Shown here piece after piece: positions 61,057 to 64,000 of a stretch of 64,000 nucleotides of DNA. Both the position numbers and the translations under genes were made by a program. Location of the stretch: the NCBI RefSeq assembly GCF_009914755.1, contig NC_060942.1, one strand, 5' to 3'. Under the pieces are notes generated by a model. That model searched no databases. It was not told the DNA's origin and was given only the letters and a program-made list of their open reading frames with translations. Each line of letters starts with the position of its first letter. Position 1 is the stretch's first letter. The DNA comes from the human T2T-CHM13v2.0 reference genome, Homo sapiens.

Positions 61057-62095
61057 TGTATTTATTTACTTACTTTTAGTAGACTTTATTTTTCAGAACA
61101 GTTTTAGATTTATAGAAAAGTTGAGAAGATAGTACAGAGAGTTCTCGTATACTCCCCACACAGTTTCCCCTATTGTTAATATATTAGAAGTTTTATTTTT
61201 TGTCATTAATGAACCAATTTTGTTACATTACTATTACCTAAAATCTATACTTTATTCAGATTTTCTGTTTTACCTAGCGTACTATACAGAATATTCCTTT
61301 TTAGGATACCATGCAGAATAGTCTATTTCGTTTTCATGTCTCCTTAGACCCTTCTTGGCTGTGACAGTTTCAAAGACTTTCCTAGCTTTTAATGGCATTG
61401 ACAGTTTTGAGAAGTACTGGTCTAGTATTCTGTAGGATGCTTCTCTATTAAAATCTGTCTTTTTGGGTGTCATGATTAGACTGGGATTATGGGTTCGGGG
61501 CAGGAAGAGCCCAGAGATAAAGTATCATTTTCACTACGTCATCTCAAGGGTACGTAATATCAACAGGGTTTATCACTGGATGTTCTTGCCCACCTGGCTG
61601 GGTAGTGTCCATCAGGATTTTTCACTGTAAAGTTAGTTACTCTCTTCCTCCCTCCTTCATTCTCTACTCTTTAGAAAGCAGTCACAATGCACAGACCACG
61701 CAGAGGGGGTGGGGATTTGTGATTCTCCACTGAGGGTGCAGTATCTACACACATTATTTAAATTATTCTGCAGGAGAAATTTGTTCTTTCTCTTCATTTA
61801 TTTATGTAATAATTTTTATCACTATGCCTGATACATATTTATTTTATATTTTGTATTATGATTCAATACTACCTTATCCATTTTCTAACTCAAATTTTTC
61901 CCACTGGCCATTGGAAGCTCTTTCGTTTGGCTCCTGTCTTTGACATAACAACCATAACTGCAGGAATTGTTTTTAGCACTTTCCTACTTTTCAGAGATAC
62001 AAGATGTTCCATGCTTATCTTGTATATTTCCTGCCCCAATCCTAGAATTAGCCATTTCTCCACTGATCCCTGGGTCTTTTTCTTTGAGAATCATT
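61057..62095 (-). mobile_element. L1MC/L1MD-type 3' end
   Basis: agactttatttttcagaacagttttagatttatagaaaagttgagaagatagtacagagagttc...gccattggaagctctttc...ctagaattagccatttctcca. Confidence 0.9.
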
Positions 62096-62100
62096 CAGAA

Positions 62101-63393
62101 ACAGTTTTTAGTTTTTTTCACATAACATATTTTCAAATCTCTAATGAACTTTTGAGATGGAAGACAGGTATTGCTTTCCTTGGTTGATACCACTATATTA
62201 CTATATATAATACATTTATCTGTCTGTCTGTCTGCTGTAATATGTATTGTGAAATAAATTTGGTAAACGGAGTGCTTATTGTGAGCCATTAATTTTGGCA
62301 GGTCCTTAAGGTTAGAAAACCAGAGGGAGCATAAGCCAGAAGAGCAGGTGCCTTGGTGGCCCTCTCAGCTCTCTTTGGTTTTCAACCTGGCCTCAGGGCA
62401 CACCACATACCTGCCTTCTCATTGGGTTCCACATTTCAAAAATAGTTTAAAGTCATTTGCTTTATATTCCAAATATTTAAATGTCAAGTTTCCATCTCAT
62501 TGACGATGAGTGTCCATAAGCTTAGAAAGAAAGCTTTCTATGAAGTGTACCTTTTCCCACTGTCTCCAGCTGACAAAGGTTTCTACAAACCTCTGGAACT
62601 TTGCTTTACTTTATTGTATTCTGTTCTGGATCAAATTATTATCGCAATAAATACTTATTGGCTGTCTGCTGTACAGAGCACTATACTGGTGACTCTTCCC
62701 AAAGGTGCTTAGAGTTTGAGGAAGAAAATATAGGTTAACAGATAATGACAAATACAACGACATAAATATTTGAAAGGCAGTGTCCTAAGAGTGGGGACTA
62801 TGACAGTTCATGGGCATTTTGCAGGTTCACAGAAAGCTTTCTGGAGGAGATGATATCTAAACTGAGATTTTCAAATAAAGAGGAGGTAGCGACTTAGAGG
62901 ATGAGAAAGATGTTTCAAGTCAGTTGCAACTTTGTGTAGCTCAGTCTCATGGAACAGAATTCAATACAAAGAATTTGAGATGAAGCTGAAGAGAAGAAGG
63001 TTCCAAGCCATGATGAGCTATTTGGCTCACAGCAAAATCAAATTAATAGGCAGAGAAAGGATTTTCCCATGGAGGAGAAGGTAAAAAGGAATCAAAAGTA
63101 CACCCAGGAGGGTTGTGGCATCCTAGAAGTGAAGGAAAGGGTTTTTCCATAATATGAGAAAATGATGGACAGCAGGTATGAGAAACTGAATACACAAATG
63201 GACAATGGCCAGATCATAGATAAAAATAGAACTCTGGGCCACGCCATCAGCAACCACTGGAAGAAGCCAAACCATAATCTCTGCAGCAGTTGGGTTCAAA
63301 ACAGCCAAGACATGAACATTAGCTGCCAGCTTCCTTGATTTTTGACTGTATTTCCAACTTAGAACCATTCAGAGAAATCCAGTTATTCTCCCT
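62101..63393 (-). repeat. Right arm of the ~1.3 kb inverted duplication
   Basis: Reverse complement aligns block by block with 57490-58787, e.g. rc(62101-62160) vs 58727-58786 about 52/60 identical. Confidence 0.95.
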
Positions 63394-63395
63394 TC
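63179..63395 (+). mobile_element. ERV1-class LTR 5' part (MER87/89/90-like), in the right arm
   Basis: tgagaaactgaatacacaaatggacaatggccagatcatagataaaaatagaactctg. Confidence 0.6.
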
Positions 63396-63397
63396 AT

Positions 63398-64000
63398 AGT
63401 TATTTGGGGTCTTTTGTGGTTCCATATAAATTCTAGGATTTTTTATTTTTCAATCAGTTAAGAAAGTCATTGGTATTTTGATATGGATTCCACTGAGTTT
63501 CTAGGATGCTTTGGGTAGTATAGCTAGTCAGTTTAACAATATTAATTCTTCCAATCCATTACATGGGATGGCTTTCCATGTTTTTTGTGTTCTCTTCAAT
63601 TTCTTTCATCAGCGTTTTGTAATTTTCACTGTAGAGTTTTTTTTTATATTTTTGATTAATTTTATTAGTTTTTTTGTAGGTATTATAAATTGGATTGCTT
63701 TCTTATTTTTTCAGTTGTATTGATATATAGAAGCACTACTAATTTTCATGTGTTAATTTTGTGTCTTGCCACTTTACTCAATTTATTTATCAGTTCTAAG
63801 AGTTTTTTTGGTGTAGTCTAGGTTTGTCTACATAGAAGATCATGTCATCTGCAAACAGATCATTTGAATTCCTTCTTTCCAGTTTGGATGTCTTTTGTTT
63901 TTGTCTCTTGCCTGATAGCTCTGTCTAGGACTTCCAGTACTATGTTGAATAAGGGTGGTGAAAGTGGTCATCCTTGTGTTTTTCCAGTTCTTAAAGAAAA
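63398..64000 (-). mobile_element. Old L1 (L1MA/L1PB-type) ORF2 fragment, runs off the window end
   Basis: cttttgtggttccatataaatt...gatcatgtcatctgcaaaca (antisense FADD codons)...ggacttccagtactatgttgaata. Confidence 0.92.

Noticed and set aside
57515-63368. Two ORF-track peptides with clear mutual similarity (MVLSWKY..., QSSIFIYDLAI.HL.IQ..IPAVHHFL..WKN) suggesting a novel small-protein family
   Set aside because: The similarity is a by-product of the DNA-level inverted duplication. The frames differ between copies, starts are non-ATG or inconsistent, and much of the sequence is antisense LTR.

Overview
This is AT-rich, repeat-dense primate genomic DNA, probably human given a young L1 with L1HS-like 3' diagnostics. 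It looks intergenic or deep intronic. I recognise no protein-coding exon, RNA gene, CRISPR array or CpG island. The ORF-track peptides are L1/Alu/LTR-derived, low-complexity or apparently random. Content: a ~5.65 kb 5'-truncated dead L1PA4/5-type element with TSDs, several L1 3' ends and old L1M fragments, about a dozen Alu/FLAM copies, MaLR/ERVL/ERV1 LTRs (THE1, MLT1, MLT2, MST, MER21), L2, MIR and MER5. The most notable non-routine structure is an old ~1.3 kb local inverted duplication (57490-58787 vs 62101-63393). It copies an LTR end, an L2 end and unique DNA together, so repeat annotation does not explain it. Also notable: a collapsed THE1 provirus with an 18-bp templated micro-inversion at its deletion junction, a young L1PA2/L1HS-like insertion with a perfect 16-bp TSD, and a TSD-less L1-in-L1 insertion. 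I found no evidence for a new coding system. Subfamily names come from recalled consensus sequences and identities are by-eye estimates.
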